Positions 16,231 through 28,600 of a stretch of 64,000 nt of DNA are shown here, in pieces. A model generated the notes under the pieces. The model worked only from the letters and a program-made list of their open reading frames with translations, made no database searches and was not told the DNA's origin. The stretch spans positions 37,554 through 101,553 of the forward strand of contig JAZURI010000007.1 of assembly GCA_045606105.1 (NCBI GenBank). The letters run 5' to 3'. Made by a program: the position numbers and the translations under genes. This DNA comes from Spirochaetia bacterium (GTDB lineage: Bacteria > Spirochaetota > Spirochaetia > CADAEX01). Positions within the stretch are counted from its first letter, which is position 1. Each line of letters starts with the position of its first letter.

Positions 16231-18531
16231 ATGAAACATAACGCCGACTCCGAAGACTTAAAAAATAATTTATTCCCGCGCAAAATCATAATCAACTTCA
16301 CAATTCTTGCACTTATTGCCGCAGTTTTCTTTTTCTTTGCCACCTTCTATGTGAACAACAAGGCCAAGGAGAGAAACGAGCGCATGTACAGGACCCAGCA
16401 GATTCTTCAGTCCAGGGTTTCAACCCAGGCTATTGAGGAGAATCTTGATGCCATATTCTACAATATAGATATTCTGAGGATTTACTGCCGTGATCTGTTC
16501 AATGAGGAACGGACAGTTTCCAACAGCTTCTTCCAGCTGGTTCAGACAGGGCGTCAGGAGGTGGCGGCCTTCATGCTGATTGATAACAACGGTAATATCA
16601 GGTACAGGAATATTGCCCTGGGAGATATCGGTGAAAGCGCACAGAAAAAGGTTCTGGAGTATCTGGATCTGTACGGACCGGAAATAAAGGGAGGAATCAG
16701 CTATATACCGCCGCTGTATATTGACAGGGACATGCAGCTTGTAATCAAGCTTCTCCCGGCATGGCAGGATGGCAGGAAGGCCGGTGTAATGGCTGTGGCT
16801 ATAGATATCGGTAATCTTATAAAGAAATACAGCTTTATCAGCAAGCTCGGCTTTTCGGGAACCGAGTTATTTCTTGATAAGAACGGTACCGTTATCATGG
16901 ATTCCAATATCAGGAATATCGGAAAGAATATAAATGATATAATGCTGGAAAATATAAATACCAAGAGCTTTCCTACGGAGGATATCCTTTCACAGCCCAA
17001 CGGCAGCAGGAAATACAAGCTTTTCGATACCAGCAGGAATCCTCATAATGTCCTTGTGGCCTGGGATTCCGTAGAGATAATGGGTGAAAAGATAATCGTG
17101 GTTACAGGAGCTTCTGAAAGGTTCATCAACCGGGCCATCCGGGAGTTCCATAAGCAGTCTGTAATACTGGGTATCATGGTTGCCTTCATCATCGGTGTGG
17201 TATGTGTGCTCCTTATCCTTTCCAGGAGGGCCGTGGTAAGACGAAGCCTTATAGTCCTGGAGGATACTATCAATGAAAGGACCAGGGAGCTGAATCTCAG
17301 CGAGAAGAAATATCAGGCCGTATTCCAGGGTGTCAGCGATGCCCTTGTGGTGGTTCGTGAAGGGCATATCAGCTATTTCAATGAAAGTACCCTTACTCTT
17401 CTGGGATATACTGCCGAGGAGCTTATTGGCAAGAGTCCTCTGGATTTTGTTTTTGAAGCCTATGAGGAGGGAATGGACAATGTGGCACCGTACCGGGAAT
17501 ATGCCAGGGATGCGCTGGAGGGAAAGCCTGTATCCTTTGAGGCAATCCTGATATGCAGGGACGGTTCCCTTATATATGCGGATGTGGCCATGGCCGACCT
17601 GGAGACCAAGGAATCTCTTATCCTTACCCTCAGGGATATAACCTCCAGGAAGAAGGCGGAGAAGGCCCTGGCAGAGCTTAACGCTCAGCTGGAGAAAAGA
17701 GTTCAGCTCCGTACCAAGGAGCTGGAGCAGGCCAATACAGCATTGAAGGATACCCTGGAAACCCTTAAGAAGACACAGCAGAGCCTGGTGGAGGCCGGAA
17801 AGATGGCATCCCTGGGAGTACTTGTGGCAGGAGTTGCCCACGAGGTGAATACGCCGGTGGGGATCGGTGTTACGGCGGCATCGTATCTTCAGGAGCAGAC
17901 TGTACAGCTGGAGCAGAAGTACAGGGGAAACCAGATGAAGAGATCGGATCTGGAATCATATATCGGTACTGCAGTCGATACAGCAAAGGTAATACTCAAC
18001 AACCTGGAAAGGGCATCGGAAAGGATATCCAGCTTCAAGCAGGTGGCGGTGGACCAGACCAACCAGGAGGTAAGGCGGTTCGTCCTCAGACCGTACATAG
18101 AGGAGGTTCTCATCAGCATCCAGCCGGCATACAAGAAGACCCGGCATAAGGTTGAGATCGAAGGAGATGATACTGTTGAGGTTACATGTTCACCGGGTGC
18201 CATTTCGCAGATCATAACGAACCTTGTGATGAATTCCCTGAAGCACGGCTTTGAAGGCATCGAGGAGGGTTCGGTGAAAATCGACATCCGCCGGGCCGGA
18301 AGCAGCGTGGAAATCGTTTACTCGGACAATGGTATAGGAATGAATGAAGAGATTGTATCCAAAATCTATGACCCGTTCTTCACAACCAAGAGAGGCAGCG
18401 GAGGAAGCGGTCTGGGAATGAATATTGTATACAATCTGGTAACAAGAACCCTGAAGGGAGATATCTCTGTAAAGAGCAAGGTAGGCGAGGGTACGGTTTT
18501 TTATATAAAATTTCCTTGTGAAATTAGATAA
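16231..18531 (+). CDS. sensor histidine kinase (periplasmic Cache-like domain, PAS, HisKA, HATPase)
   Basis: It has two TM segments flanking a roughly 270-aa extracytoplasmic domain, a PAS-like segment and a coiled coil. Kinase boxes: H-box GVAHEVNTPVG, then NLVMNSLKHG, DNGIGM and GSGGSGLGM. No response regulator is adjacent. Confidence 0.85.
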   Translation: MKHNADSEDLKNNLFPRKIIINFTILALIAAVFFFFATFYVNNKAKERNERMYRTQQILQSRVSTQAIEENLDAIFYNIDILRIYCRDLFNEERTVSNSFFQLVQTGRQEVAAFMLIDNNGNIRYRNIALGDIGESAQKKVLEYLDLYGPEIKGGISYIPPLYIDRDMQLVIKLLPAWQDGRKAGVMAVAIDIGNLIKKYSFISKLGFSGTELFLDKNGTVIMDSNIRNIGKNINDIMLENINTKSFPTEDILSQPNGSRKYKLFDTSRNPHNVLVAWDSVEIMGEKIIVVTGASERFINRAIREFHKQSVILGIMVAFIIGVVCVLLILSRRAVVRRSLIVLEDTINERTRELNLSEKKYQAVFQGVSDALVVVREGHISYFNESTLTLLGYTAEELIGKSPLDFVFEAYEEGMDNVAPYREYARDALEGKPVSFEAILICRDGSLIYADVAMADLETKESLILTLRDITSRKKAEKALAELNAQLEKRVQLRTKELEQANTALKDTLETLKKTQQSLVEAGKMASLGVLVAGVAHEVNTPVGIGVTAASYLQEQTVQLEQKYRGNQMKRSDLESYIGTAVDTAKVILNNLERASERISSFKQVAVDQTNQEVRRFVLRPYIEEVLISIQPAYKKTRHKVEIEGDDTVEVTCSPGAISQIITNLVMNSLKHGFEGIEEGSVKIDIRRAGSSVEIVYSDNGIGMNEEIVSKIYDPFFTTKRGSGGSGLGMNIVYNLVTRTLKGDISVKSKVGEGTVFYIKFPCEIR

Positions 18532-18634
18532 ATCAGGTAGACTAAAAATAATTTTTGGATTATATTAAATAAAATTATTGACAAAAGTCGGCATATCTGA
18601 TAATTTTCTACATTGTTTAGAATGTGTGTGATAT

Positions 18635-18707
<73 letters not shown>

Positions 18708-18724
18708 TTAGGAGGATTATATAT

Positions 18725-18901
18725 ATGGCATCAAAGAAGAAAGGAAATGTAGAACTTGTAGCTCTGCAGTGCACAGAATGCAAGAGAAAAAATTATACAA
18801 CCTCAAAAAACAGAAAGAATATCCAGGGAAAGATGGAATTCAGCAAATACTGCAGTTTTGACAAAAAGCACACAATTCACAAAGAAACAAAAATTAAATA
18901 A
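18725..18901 (+). CDS. rpmG: 50S ribosomal protein L33
   Basis: Not in the ORF track (58 aa). My translation is MASKKKGNVELVALQCTECKRKNYTTSKNRKNIQGKMEFSKYCSFDKKHTIHKETKIK. SD GGAGG is upstream. The position before tRNA-Trp/secE is the conserved one. Confidence 0.9.
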   Translation: MASKKKGNVELVALQCTECKRKNYTTSKNRKNIQGKMEFSKYCSFDKKHTIHKETKIK

Positions 18902-18916
18902 TATTTTTATATTATT

Positions 18917-18990
18917 AGGGTAGTAGCTCCAACGGCTAGAGCGCTGGTCTCCAAAACCGGATGTTGTAGGTTCGAATCCTACCTGCCCTG
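18917..18990 (+). tRNA. tRNA-Trp (anticodon CCA)
   Basis: Hand-folded. Acceptor agggtag/ctgccct, anticodon stem ctggt/accgg with loop ctCCAaa, and T arm gtagg-ttcgaat-cctac. Confidence 0.9.
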
Positions 18991-19016
18991 TTCTTTTTTC
19001 ACCTTAAGGAGAATAT

Positions 19017-19196
19017 ATGGACAAGTTAATGCTTTTTTTCAAAGAAAGCTATGCTGAACTCAAAAAGGTCGTATGGCCTAGCCGCCAGGAAGTTATCTCA
19101 TCAACATGGGTTGTTATCGTTTCTGTAACAATCTTTGCTGTTGTACTCGGCTTGGTTGATTTTCTTCTTATTCTTGGAATGGATTTGATTTTCTGA
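19017..19196 (+). CDS. secE: preprotein translocase subunit SecE
   Basis: Not in the ORF track (59 aa). My translation is MDKLMLFFKESYAELKKVVWPSRQEVISSTWVVIVSVTIFAVVLGLVDFLLILGMDLIF. It has the conserved ELKKVVWP.RQE motif plus one TM helix, and lies directly upstream of nusG. Confidence 0.85.
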   Translation: MDKLMLFFKESYAELKKVVWPSRQEVISSTWVVIVSVTIFAVVLGLVDFLLILGMDLIF

Positions 19197-19212
19197 TCGG
19201 AGTTAAGGGTAT

Positions 19213-19767
19213 ATGGCAAGAGAATGGTATATTCTTTCTACATACTCCGGGTATGAGAACAAGATAGAAAAGCACATCAGGAAATTCATGGAAGATCCCT
19301 CATTCGCAGAGATCGTACTCGATATCAAGGTTCCCACAGAAGAAGTTATAGAAGTTAAGGATGGAAAGAAAAAGACTGTAAAGCGCAAGTTTCTTCCGGG
19401 TTATGTTCTCCTCGAAATGGATCTTTCAGAAACAAACTGGAAGGAGCCATGTTCCAGAATCAAGAGGATTGACGGGGCTTCAGGCTTCGTAGGTGTTGCC
19501 GGCAACAAGAAGCCGTGTCCTATTCCTGCAGAGGAGGCCAAGGCTATTCTCCAGAAGACAGGAGAAATCAAGGCAGACAAGCACGCCAAGTTCAAGCAGA
19601 CTTTTGATGTGGATGAAAAGGTCAAGATTATCGACGGTGCTTTCACCGATTTTGAAGGCGTTGTTGAAGAAGTAAATGTCGAAAAAGGCAAAATAAGAGT
19701 CGTAGTTAGTATTTTCGGTCGTCCGACCCCTGTAGAGCTTGACTTTGCACAGGTTGAGAAGATCTGA
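19213..19767 (+). CDS. nusG: transcription termination/antitermination factor NusG
   Basis: N-terminus WYILSTYSGYENK, KOW region KVKIIDGAFTDFEGVVEEV, and the expected position after secE. Confidence 0.95.
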   Translation: MAREWYILSTYSGYENKIEKHIRKFMEDPSFAEIVLDIKVPTEEVIEVKDGKKKTVKRKFLPGYVLLEMDLSETNWKEPCSRIKRIDGASGFVGVAGNKKPCPIPAEEAKAILQKTGEIKADKHAKFKQTFDVDEKVKIIDGAFTDFEGVVEEVNVEKGKIRVVVSIFGRPTPVELDFAQVEKI

Positions 19768-19845
19768 TCATAACCGGTAAGTTTTACCGTCTTGATGGGA
19801 GTTTTCCGGCATACGGGAAACGGTATTACCACAAAGGAGAAAAAA

Positions 19846-20277
19846 ATGGCAAAGAAAAAAATTGTTGCTTACATTAAATTGCAGATTCCTGCTGGGAAAG
19901 CAACTCCGGCACCTCCGGTCGGTCCTGCTCTCGGACCTCACGGTGTAAGTGCTCCGCAGTTTGTTCAGCAGTTTAATGATAAGACCAAGGGAATGGAACC
20001 GGGCCTTGTTGTACCTGTAGTTATTACAGTTTACGGCGACAAGACTTTCAGCTTCGTTCTGAAGACACCTCCTGCAGCTGTTCTTATCAAGAAAGCATGC
20101 GGAATTAACAGTGGATCGGCAGAACCTCACAAGACAAAGGTTGCCAAGCTTTCACAGGCTGATCTTAAAAAGATTGCAGAGACTAAGATGCCTGATATCA
20201 ATGCAAACGATATCGATGCTGCAATGAAAATTATTGCTGGTACTGCACGCAGTATGGGTGTTGAGGTGGAGAAGTAA
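19846..20277 (+). CDS. rplK: 50S ribosomal protein L11
   Basis: Start trimmed to [30 protein letters not shown] (ATG 19846, SD AAGGAG). Sequence is conserved L11. Confidence 0.95.
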   Translation: MAKKKIVAYIKLQIPAGKATPAPPVGPALGPHGVSAPQFVQQFNDKTKGMEPGLVVPVVITVYGDKTFSFVLKTPPAAVLIKKACGINSGSAEPHKTKVAKLSQADLKKIAETKMPDINANDIDAAMKIIAGTARSMGVEVEK

Positions 20278-20279
20278 GA

Positions 20280-20951
20280 ATGAAAAAAGGTAAAAAATTC
20301 CAGGAAGCTGTAAAAAAATACAACAAACAGGAAGTTTATGCTTTTGAAGATGGAGCAAAGCTTGCTAAGGAAATTGCATTTGCAAAATTCGATGAAACAA
20401 TCGACCTTTCAATCAGACTCAATCTTAAAAAGGGGCAGAGTGTAAGAGATACCCTCGTTCTTCCTAACCAGTTCAAGGGCGAAAAGAAGATTCTCGTATT
20501 CGCCAAGGGTGAAAAGGCTGAAGAAGCAAAGGCTGCCGGTGCGGCATATGTCGGAGACACAGACCTCGTTGAAAAGATCAGAGGCGGATGGCTCGATTTC
20601 GATGTAGCAGTTGCAACACCTGACATGATGAAGGATGTAGGTAAGCTCGGTCCGGTTCTCGGTAGAAGAGGACTCATGCCTAACCCAAAGACACATACAG
20701 TAACTTTTGATGTAAAGGAAGCTATTGCCGAACTCAAGAAGGGTCGTACAGAGTACAGATCTGACAAGACAGGTATCGTAAGTGTTTCCGTAGGTAAAGT
20801 ATCAATGGATGCTGCACAGATTGTAGAGAACATCAAGGTTGTTGTTTCAGAGGTTGAAAGAAAGAGACCTGCTGATGCAAAGGGTGATTTTGTTCTTTCT
20901 CTGGCCATCTCATCAACAATGGGACCTGGTATCAAGGTTAAGAAGGCTTAG
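20280..20951 (+). CDS. rplA: 50S ribosomal protein L1
   Basis: Conserved L1 sequence and operon position. Confidence 0.95.
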   Translation: MKKGKKFQEAVKKYNKQEVYAFEDGAKLAKEIAFAKFDETIDLSIRLNLKKGQSVRDTLVLPNQFKGEKKILVFAKGEKAEEAKAAGAAYVGDTDLVEKIRGGWLDFDVAVATPDMMKDVGKLGPVLGRRGLMPNPKTHTVTFDVKEAIAELKKGRTEYRSDKTGIVSVSVGKVSMDAAQIVENIKVVVSEVERKRPADAKGDFVLSLAISSTMGPGIKVKKA

Positions 20952-20962
20952 GAGAGTAGAAA

Positions 20963-21469
20963 ATGGCAGAATATGTAGTAAAAGTACAGGAAAACAAGAA
21001 AGAGGCAGTTGCAGACCTCAGAGCAAAGTTCGAAGGTGTTTCAAACTTCATTTTTGCAGACTACAGAGGACTGACAGTAGCTCAGATTACAGAAATCAGA
21101 AAGAAGCTCCGTGAAAGCGATGCAGATTTCAAGGTTGTAAAAAACAGATTTGCAAAGATTGCAATGAGAGATCTGGGATTCACAGAAGTTGATGATTTCC
21201 TTAAAGGGCCTACAGCTGTTGCTGCTGTTCCTGAAGAATCAAACGCAGTTGCAAAAGCACTTTTCGATTTCAAGAACGGTGGTATGCCGCTTGCAGTAAA
21301 GGGTGCCTATGTTGACGGTATGCTCTTCGATGCAGCTCAGATTGAAGCATTCTCAAAGCTTCCTTCAAGAGCTCAGCTCATTGCTACGTTGATGGGTATG
21401 ATGAAGTCTCCGGTACAGAAGCTGGCAGGAACACTTCAGGCTATCGTGGATCAGAGCGAAGGAAAATAA
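20963..21469 (+). CDS. rplJ: 50S ribosomal protein L10
   Basis: Conserved L10 sequence. It lies between rplA and rplL. Confidence 0.95.
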   Translation: MAEYVVKVQENKKEAVADLRAKFEGVSNFIFADYRGLTVAQITEIRKKLRESDADFKVVKNRFAKIAMRDLGFTEVDDFLKGPTAVAAVPEESNAVAKALFDFKNGGMPLAVKGAYVDGMLFDAAQIEAFSKLPSRAQLIATLMGMMKSPVQKLAGTLQAIVDQSEGK

Positions 21470-21562
21470 CCGTTTATTCGGTATTTTATATTAATGCAGC
21501 TTTAGTCTTATTAGTCATGCTACAGCTGCTGTAAAAAAATTTATTTATAAGGAGAAGTTAAT

Positions 21563-21937
21563 ATGGCTACACAGGAAGAAATTCTTGAATCAATCGCAAA
21601 AATGACAATTATGGAGATCTCTGATCTCGTAAAGGCAATGGAAGAAAAATTTGGTGTTTCCGCAGCAGCACCTGTAGCAGTTGCAGCAGCAGGCGCAGCA
21701 GCAGCTCCGCCTGAAGAGGAAAAGACAGAATTCGACGTTATCCTTGCAGCAGTTCCTGCAGACAAGAAGATTGCAGCTATCAAGGTTGTAAGAGAAGTTA
21801 CAGGACTCGGACTCAAGGAAGCAAAAGAACTTGTTGAATCAGCTCCAAAAGCAATCAAGGAAGGCGCTTCCAAGGAAGATGCTGATGCTCTTAAGGCAAA
21901 ACTTGAAGCAGCTGGTGCACAGGTTGAAATTAAATAA
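21563..21937 (+). CDS. rplL: 50S ribosomal protein L7/L12
   Basis: Ala-rich hinge and a conserved C-terminal domain ...[12 protein letters not shown]... Confidence 0.95.
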   Translation: MATQEEILESIAKMTIMEISDLVKAMEEKFGVSAAAPVAVAAAGAAAAPPEEEKTEFDVILAAVPADKKIAAIKVVREVTGLGLKEAKELVESAPKAIKEGASKEDADALKAKLEAAGAQVEIK

Positions 21938-22070
21938 TCACGCACTGATTATAACAAACATTTAAAAATTTTTTTCACGTTATAAGGGTTGGACTAATTT
22001 TTTAGTACAGCCCTATGTTTATCTATAGAATGTTATAAAATTAACATTTTGATCGAGGGAGGTATGACGA

Positions 22071-25000
22071 ATGCTTGATAGAAAAAAAGCTATTAAGCGC
22101 CAATATGTAGGACGCGATTATCATGAGGTTATGGAAGTACCGAATCTTATCGATATCCAGTTGTCCTCCTATGAGAACTTTTTACAGCTTGATAAGATCA
22201 GAAAGGGTGAGAAGCTTGAGCTCAAGGGTCTGGAAGATGTTTTCCGGAGTGTTTTCCCTATAGAGAGCCAGGACGGAACAATGACTCTTCACTACGAGAA
22301 CTATATTCTCGACGAAAAAAGTATCAAGCTTGATGAATTTGGGTGCAAGCAGAAAGGTGCTACCTATTCAATCCCTCTGAAAGCCAGAATCAGTCTCGAG
22401 AAAAGAGGCGGTATAGAAGACGGCGTTTTACAAGAGAAAGTTATTTACATCGGCGATATCCCGCTGATGACAGATAGAGGAACTTTTATCATCAACGGTG
22501 CGGAAAGAGTTGTTGTCAGCCAGATCCACAGAGCACCGGGTGTAGTTTTTTCCGATGAGAAGGGTGTATATTCTTCAAGAATCATCCCTTACAGAGGTTC
22601 ATGGCTTGAGTTCGAGATCGAGAAAAAGAAAGAGCATATCTATGCCAGAATCGACAGGAAGAAAAGGATCCTCGGTACAATTTTCCTCAGAGCCCTGGGG
22701 TTTGAGACCAGAGAAGAGATCATAAAGCTTTTCTACAAGACTGAAAAAGTCAAGATTTATACAAAATCAGCAAAAAACGAACATTTGGAAGGCAAGGTAC
22801 TTGCCAAGGCTATATACACAAAAGAAGAGGATGAAAACGGCAAGAAGAGGAAGCTCTACAGGGCAGGAGAGAAAGTAAAGCTTCATGATATCGACGAGCT
22901 CAAGCAGCTTGGTTTCAATGAAATCGAAATCATCGATTTCGAACATGAAGATTCACTTGATTCCACAATGATTCTCAAGTGCTTTGAATGGGAAGACCTG
23001 AAATACATAAACGATGAATCAGGTTCCGACGAGCTTACAAAGGACGAAGCCCTCAACATCGTATACTCAGTTCTCATGCCGGGCGAGCCTATGACTGTGG
23101 AAAATGCAGCCAAGGACCTCAATGCCATGTTCTTCTCAACCAGAAGATACGATCTCGGAAAGGTGGGCCGCTACAAGCTCAACATGAAGTACAAGAAGCC
23201 TTCCGACATTGCAGACGGACAGAACAACGACGGCAGGATTGACGATTCCGGTGAATCCGTTCTTACAAAAAACGACATCATCGAGACAATGAAGTTCCTT
23301 ATCAATGTCTTTATCGGCAAGGAAAAGTTTGATGATATCGACCATCTCGGAAACAGACGCGTAAGATCTGTAGGCGAGCTTCTGGCCAACCAGCTGAAGG
23401 TTGCTTTCACAAGAATGGAGAGAATTGCCAAGGAGAGAATGTCCCTGAAGGATACAGACACAATCAGACCTCAGGATCTTATCTCCATCAAGCCTATCGG
23501 AGCTGCAGTCAAGGAATTCTTCGGTTCCAGCCAGCTTTCACAGTTCATGGATCAGGTAAACCCTCTTTCCGAGCTTACACATAAAAGAAGACTCAACGCT
23601 CTCGGTCCGGGAGGTCTTTCAAGAGACAGGGCAGGATTCGAGGTCAGAGACGTTCACTTCACACACTACGGAAGAATGTGTCCTATCGAGACTCCTGAAG
23701 GTCCGAACATCGGTCTTATCGTTTCCCTTGCCAACTATACCAAGGTAAATGATTACGGTTTCCTTGAGACACCTTACAGAAAGGTCATAAACGGAAAGGC
23801 AACAAAAGAGGTTCAGTATCTCAATGCCATGGAAGAGGAAAAATTTGTCATTGCCCAGGCCAACGCCCCTCTCAACGAGGACGGAAGCTTTGTCAACGAC
23901 CAGGTTTCCATCAGGAAGGCCGGCGACTATTCCGCAAGATCTCCTGAAGAAATCAGATACATGGACGTATCTCCTAAGCAGGTAATTTCCGTATCAACCT
24001 CCCTGGTTCCTTTCATCGAGCATGACGATGCCAACAGAGCTCTCATGGGTTCCAACATGATGAGACAGGCTGTTCCGCTTCTTTTCCCTGAAGCACCAAT
24101 TATCGGTACAGGTATGGAGGGAAGGACTGCTTATGACTCCGGAGTTGTGGTAAAGGCAAAGAGACCGGGAACTGTTTCCTATGTTTCCTCCACAAGAATT
24201 GAGATTACTCCTGAAGAGGCATCTGAAGAAAGAGATCTGTACAGACTTCAGAAATACCAGAGAACAAACCAGGATACATGCTTTTCACAGCGCCCTGTGG
24301 TTTCTCTCGGTGAAAAGGTTGAAGCCGGCGAGGTAATTGCCGACGGACCTGCTACAGACAACGGAGAACTGGCTCTCGGAAGAAACGTTCTGGTAGGATT
24401 CATTCCATGGAACGGATACAACTACGAGGATGCTATCCTGATTTCCGAAAAGGTAGTAAAGGAAGATATTTTTACTTCCATTCATATAAAAGAGCTTGCA
24501 GTAGAGATCCGCGAAACAAAGCTGGGTCCTGAAAAGCTTACAAGAGATGTTCCTAATACAAGTGAGAAGGCTCTTGAAAACCTGGATGAGGAAGGTATCA
24601 TCAGAATCGGCTCCAGTGTCGATTCCAACGATATTCTGGTAGGAAAGGTAACTCCTAAGTCCGAAACAGAAACCACACCTGAATTCAGGCTTCTCAATTC
24701 CATCTTCGGTGAAAAATCCAAGGATGTAAGAGATACTTCCCTCAGGGTTCCGCACGGAACAAGCGGTATCGTTATTGATATCCAGCGTCTCAAGAGATCC
24801 GAGGGTGATGATCTCAGCCCGGGTGTCGAAGAGGTGGTGAAGATTCTCGTTGCAACAAAGAGAAAGCTCCGCGAAGGAGACAAGATGGCAGGACGCCACG
24901 GAAACAAGGGTGTTGTTTCCAGAATCCTTCCTGAAGAGGATATGCCGTTCCTGGCAGACGGTACCCCTATGGATATCTGTCTTAACCCTCTCGGTGTACC

Positions 25001-25622
25001 TTCCCGTATGAACCTGGGACAGCTCATGGAGGCCAGCCTCGGACTTGCAGGATGGGCTCTTGATGAAAAATATGCGGTACCTGTATTCCAGTCCGCAACC
25101 CATGAGATGATTTCCGAAAAACTGAAGCAGGGCGGAATGCCTGAGAACTCAAAGGCAATCCTTTACGACGGTCTCACAGGCGAGCCGTTTGAAAACCCTC
25201 TCATGATCGGATGTGTATATATGCTCAAGCTCCATCACCTTGTTGATGACAAGATGCATGCCCGTTCAACCGGTCCTTACTCACTGGTTACTCAGCAGCC
25301 TCTCGGAGGAAAGGCCCAGTTCGGTGGTCAGCGTCTCGGAGAAATGGAGGTATGGGCACTGGAGGCTTACGGTGCAGCCAACACACTGCAGGAGTTCCTT
25401 ACAATCAAGTCTGACGACATGAACGGAAGAACAAAGACCTATGAAAATATCGTCAAGGGAGAACCGACTACACAGGCCGGTGTTCCTGAATCCTTCAACG
25501 TTCTCGTACAGGAGCTCAGAGGTCTTGCACTTGACATGTCTATCTGGGACGACAGGGAAAGACAGATTCCTCTTACCGAAAAGGATGAGGAAATTATCAA
25601 TCAGCAGGGAACCAATTTTTAA
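22071..25622 (+). CDS. rpoB: DNA-directed RNA polymerase subunit beta
   Basis: 1183 aa with conserved blocks such as [15 protein letters not shown] and NMMRQAVP. Confidence 0.98.
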   Translation: MLDRKKAIKRQYVGRDYHEVMEVPNLIDIQLSSYENFLQLDKIRKGEKLELKGLEDVFRSVFPIESQDGTMTLHYENYILDEKSIKLDEFGCKQKGATYSIPLKARISLEKRGGIEDGVLQEKVIYIGDIPLMTDRGTFIINGAERVVVSQIHRAPGVVFSDEKGVYSSRIIPYRGSWLEFEIEKKKEHIYARIDRKKRILGTIFLRALGFETREEIIKLFYKTEKVKIYTKSAKNEHLEGKVLAKAIYTKEEDENGKKRKLYRAGEKVKLHDIDELKQLGFNEIEIIDFEHEDSLDSTMILKCFEWEDLKYINDESGSDELTKDEALNIVYSVLMPGEPMTVENAAKDLNAMFFSTRRYDLGKVGRYKLNMKYKKPSDIADGQNNDGRIDDSGESVLTKNDIIETMKFLINVFIGKEKFDDIDHLGNRRVRSVGELLANQLKVAFTRMERIAKERMSLKDTDTIRPQDLISIKPIGAAVKEFFGSSQLSQFMDQVNPLSELTHKRRLNALGPGGLSRDRAGFEVRDVHFTHYGRMCPIETPEGPNIGLIVSLANYTKVNDYGFLETPYRKVINGKATKEVQYLNAMEEEKFVIAQANAPLNEDGSFVNDQVSIRKAGDYSARSPEEIRYMDVSPKQVISVSTSLVPFIEHDDANRALMGSNMMRQAVPLLFPEAPIIGTGMEGRTAYDSGVVVKAKRPGTVSYVSSTRIEITPEEASEERDLYRLQKYQRTNQDTCFSQRPVVSLGEKVEAGEVIADGPATDNGELALGRNVLVGFIPWNGYNYEDAILISEKVVKEDIFTSIHIKELAVEIRETKLGPEKLTRDVPNTSEKALENLDEEGIIRIGSSVDSNDILVGKVTPKSETETTPEFRLLNSIFGEKSKDVRDTSLRVPHGTSGIVIDIQRLKRSEGDDLSPGVEEVVKILVATKRKLREGDKMAGRHGNKGVVSRILPEEDMPFLADGTPMDICLNPLGVPSRMNLGQLMEASLGLAGWALDEKYAVPVFQSATHEMISEKLKQGGMPENSKAILYDGLTGEPFENPLMIGCVYMLKLHHLVDDKMHARSTGPYSLVTQQPLGGKAQFGGQRLGEMEVWALEAYGAANTLQEFLTIKSDDMNGRTKTYENIVKGEPTTQAGVPESFNVLVQELRGLALDMSIWDDRERQIPLTEKDEEIINQQGTNF

Positions 25623-25630
25623 CGGAGTGG

Positions 25631-28600
25631 ATGTTTATGATTAAAGATATGAATAATTTTGATAAGATTCTGATTAAACTTGCTTCTCCGGAGCTGATAA
25701 GAAAATGGTCATACGGTGAAGTAAAGAAGCCGGAAACTATAAACTACAGAACACTCCGTCCGGAAAGAGACGGTCTCTTCTGCGAGAAGATTTTCGGAAC
25801 CACAAAGGAATGGGAATGCTACTGCGGAAAGTTCAAGTCTATCCGTTACAAGGGTGTTGTCTGTGACCGCTGTGGTGTAGAGGTTACACATTTCAAGGTC
25901 AGAAGAGAGAGAATGGGACATATCGAGCTTGCTTCTCCTGTTTCCCATATCTGGTACTACAAATCCGTTCCTTCAAGAATGGGAGTTCTTCTCGATCTTA
26001 CAGTAGCTGCCCTCAGATCCGTACTTTACTATGAAAAGTACATTGTAATCGACGAGGGTGATACAGACCTCAAGAAAATGCAGCTTCTTTCAGAGGATGA
26101 ATACAATGATGCCCAGGAGCTCTACGGCCAGAGATTTACTGCCGGTATGGGAGCCGAGGCAATAAGAACACTTCTCGAAGGACTTGACCTCAACGCGCTG
26201 GCAGATGAGCTTCGTGCAAAGATGGCCGGAAAAGGGGCAAAGGCTGACAAGAAATTCCTCAACAGACTGGAAATTGTTGAGCATTTCAGGGACTCCGGAA
26301 ACAAGCCTGAATGGATGATCCTGAGTGTTATTCCTGTAATTCCGCCTGAGCTTCGTCCTATGGTACAGCTGGAGGGAGGCCGTTTCGCCACATCAGACCT
26401 TAACGATCTCTACAGGAGAGTCATCAACAGAAACAACAGACTCAAGAGACTCCAGGGACTTCTTGCTCCGGATATTATCATCAGGAACGAAAAGAGAATG
26501 CTCCAGGAAGCTGTTGATGCCCTTTTCGATAACTCAAAGAAGAAAAAGGTGGTAAAGGGCTCTGCAAACAGACCTCTTAAATCACTTTCCGACATGCTTA
26601 AAGGTAAGCAGGGACGTTTCCGTCAGAACCTGCTGGGTAAGAGAGTTGACTATTCAGGCCGTTCCGTAATCGTGGTAGGACCTGAACTTAAGCTCCATCA
26701 GTGCGGTCTTCCTGCAAAGATGGCTCTTGAGCTCTACAAGCCGTTCATTATCAAGAAGCTTGTTGAAAAGGAAATAGTATATAACATAAAGAAAGCCAAG
26801 ACCCTTGTGGAAGAAGAGGCTGAAGAGGTATGGGGAGTACTTGACGAGGTAGTCAAGGAGCATCCGGTACTTCTGAACCGTGCCCCTACACTCCATCGTC
26901 TCGGTATCCAGGCCTTTGAGCCGGTACTGGTTCAGGGAAAGGCTATCAAGCTGCATCCTCTTGCATGTCATGCTTACAACGCTGACTTCGACGGAGACCA
27001 GATGGCTGTCCATCTTCCTCTTACCCAGGCTGCACAGATTGAGTGCTGGACTCTCATGATGTCCATCAACAACCTTCTGAACCCTGCAAACGGTATGCCT
27101 GTGGTATTCCCGTCACTTGATATGGTACTCGGTATCCACCAGCTTACCTCCATCAAGCCTAATGCAAAGGGAACAGGAAAGTATTTTACCTCATTTGATG
27201 AAGTTCTCATGGCTCTTGATGCAAAATCGGTAGAGTATCAGGCCCTGATCAACATCAAGATTGACGGAAAATATATCGAAACCACACCGGGCCGTCTTAT
27301 TTTCAACGAGCGTCTCCCTAAGGAAGTGGGTTATCTCAACAAGACAGTAAGGGACAGTAACGGAAAGGTTATCAGCGAGGGCTACAAGGATAAGGAAATC
27401 AAGAAGCTTATCTTTGACTGCTACAAGGAGCACGGACCTGCAGTTACGGTTCAGTTCCTGGACGAGGTAAAGGCTCTCGGATTCAAATATGCAACAAAAT
27501 TCGGTTCTACAATCAGTATGGCCGATATTCTCGTTCCTCCTGAAAAGAAGGATATCATCGAAAAATCCAACAAGGAAGTGGAAGATATCTACAAGCAGTA
27601 CAATGACGGTGCAATCACTCAGGAAGAGCGTTACAACAAGGTTAAGGATATCTGGGGTAAAACCACAGAGGAACTTACAGACGTACTTATAGAAAGACTC
27701 AGGGAAGACAGACAGGGCTTCAACCCGGTTCACCTGATGACAAACTCAGGAGCCAGAGGTAGCCGTGCCCAGCTTCGTCAGCTGGCTGCAATGAGAGGTC
27801 TCATGCAGAAGCCTTCCGGAGAAATCATTGAGCTTCCTATCAAGTCAAACTTCAAGGAAGGACTTTCCATCATCGAGTTCTTCATCTCCACCAGCGGTGC
27901 AAGAAAGGGTCTTACCGATACAGCCCTCAAGACAGCAAATGCCGGTTACCTTACAAGACGTCTCGTCGATATCGCACAGGATGTGGTAATCAATGAAGAT
28001 GACTGCGGTACAATCAACGGCAATGTAATCAGCGCCCTGAAGAAAGGAGACGAAGTAATTGAATCCCTCGCAAACAGAATTGTGGGAAGATTCACTCTCG
28101 AAAGGGTAAAGCATCCTATTACAGGTGAAATCATCATTGATGTAAACAAGGAGATCACAGAGGATAAGGCAAAGGAAATCGAAGATGCCGGAATCGAATC
28201 TGTAAGGATCAGAAGTGTACTCACCTGCGGTGCAAGATTCGGAGTCTGCAGAAAATGCTACGGAAGAAACCTTGCAAACAACAGAACTGTAGAAATCGGT
28301 GAAGCTGTAGGAATTATCGCTGCCCAGTCAATCGGTCAGCCTGGTACACAGCTTACAATGAGAACCTTCCATATCGGTGGTGCTGCACAGAAGGCAGGTG
28401 AGGACAACAGAGTCTGCCTGAAATACGATGTATATATAAGGAAGGTAAGTGGTAATACAGTCAAGCTTGAAAACGGAGATGTTCTCTTTACAAGAAAGGG
28501 AAGTCTTATCGTAAATAAAATTCTTATTGCCAGAGAACTGCGTGACGGTGATAAGCTCCTGGTTGAAGACGGACAGATGGTTATTCCGAATACACCTCTT

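Noticed and set aside
16990-17841. A 283-aa minus-strand ORF inside the histidine kinase gene. Similar long antisense ORFs occur in rpoB (24285-25103), rny (46824-47543), ymdB (48130-48702) and dnaG (54299-54853).
   Set aside because: All lie fully inside genes with unambiguous conserved products on the opposite strand. They have low-complexity or Cys/His-rich translations.
21646-21720. GCAGCA-rich repeats in rplL. A similar Ala/Pro-coding tract lies at 11736-11775 in dctP.
   Set aside because: These encode the normal flexible Ala-rich hinge of L7/L12 and a lipoprotein tether linker. They are not independent repeat elements.
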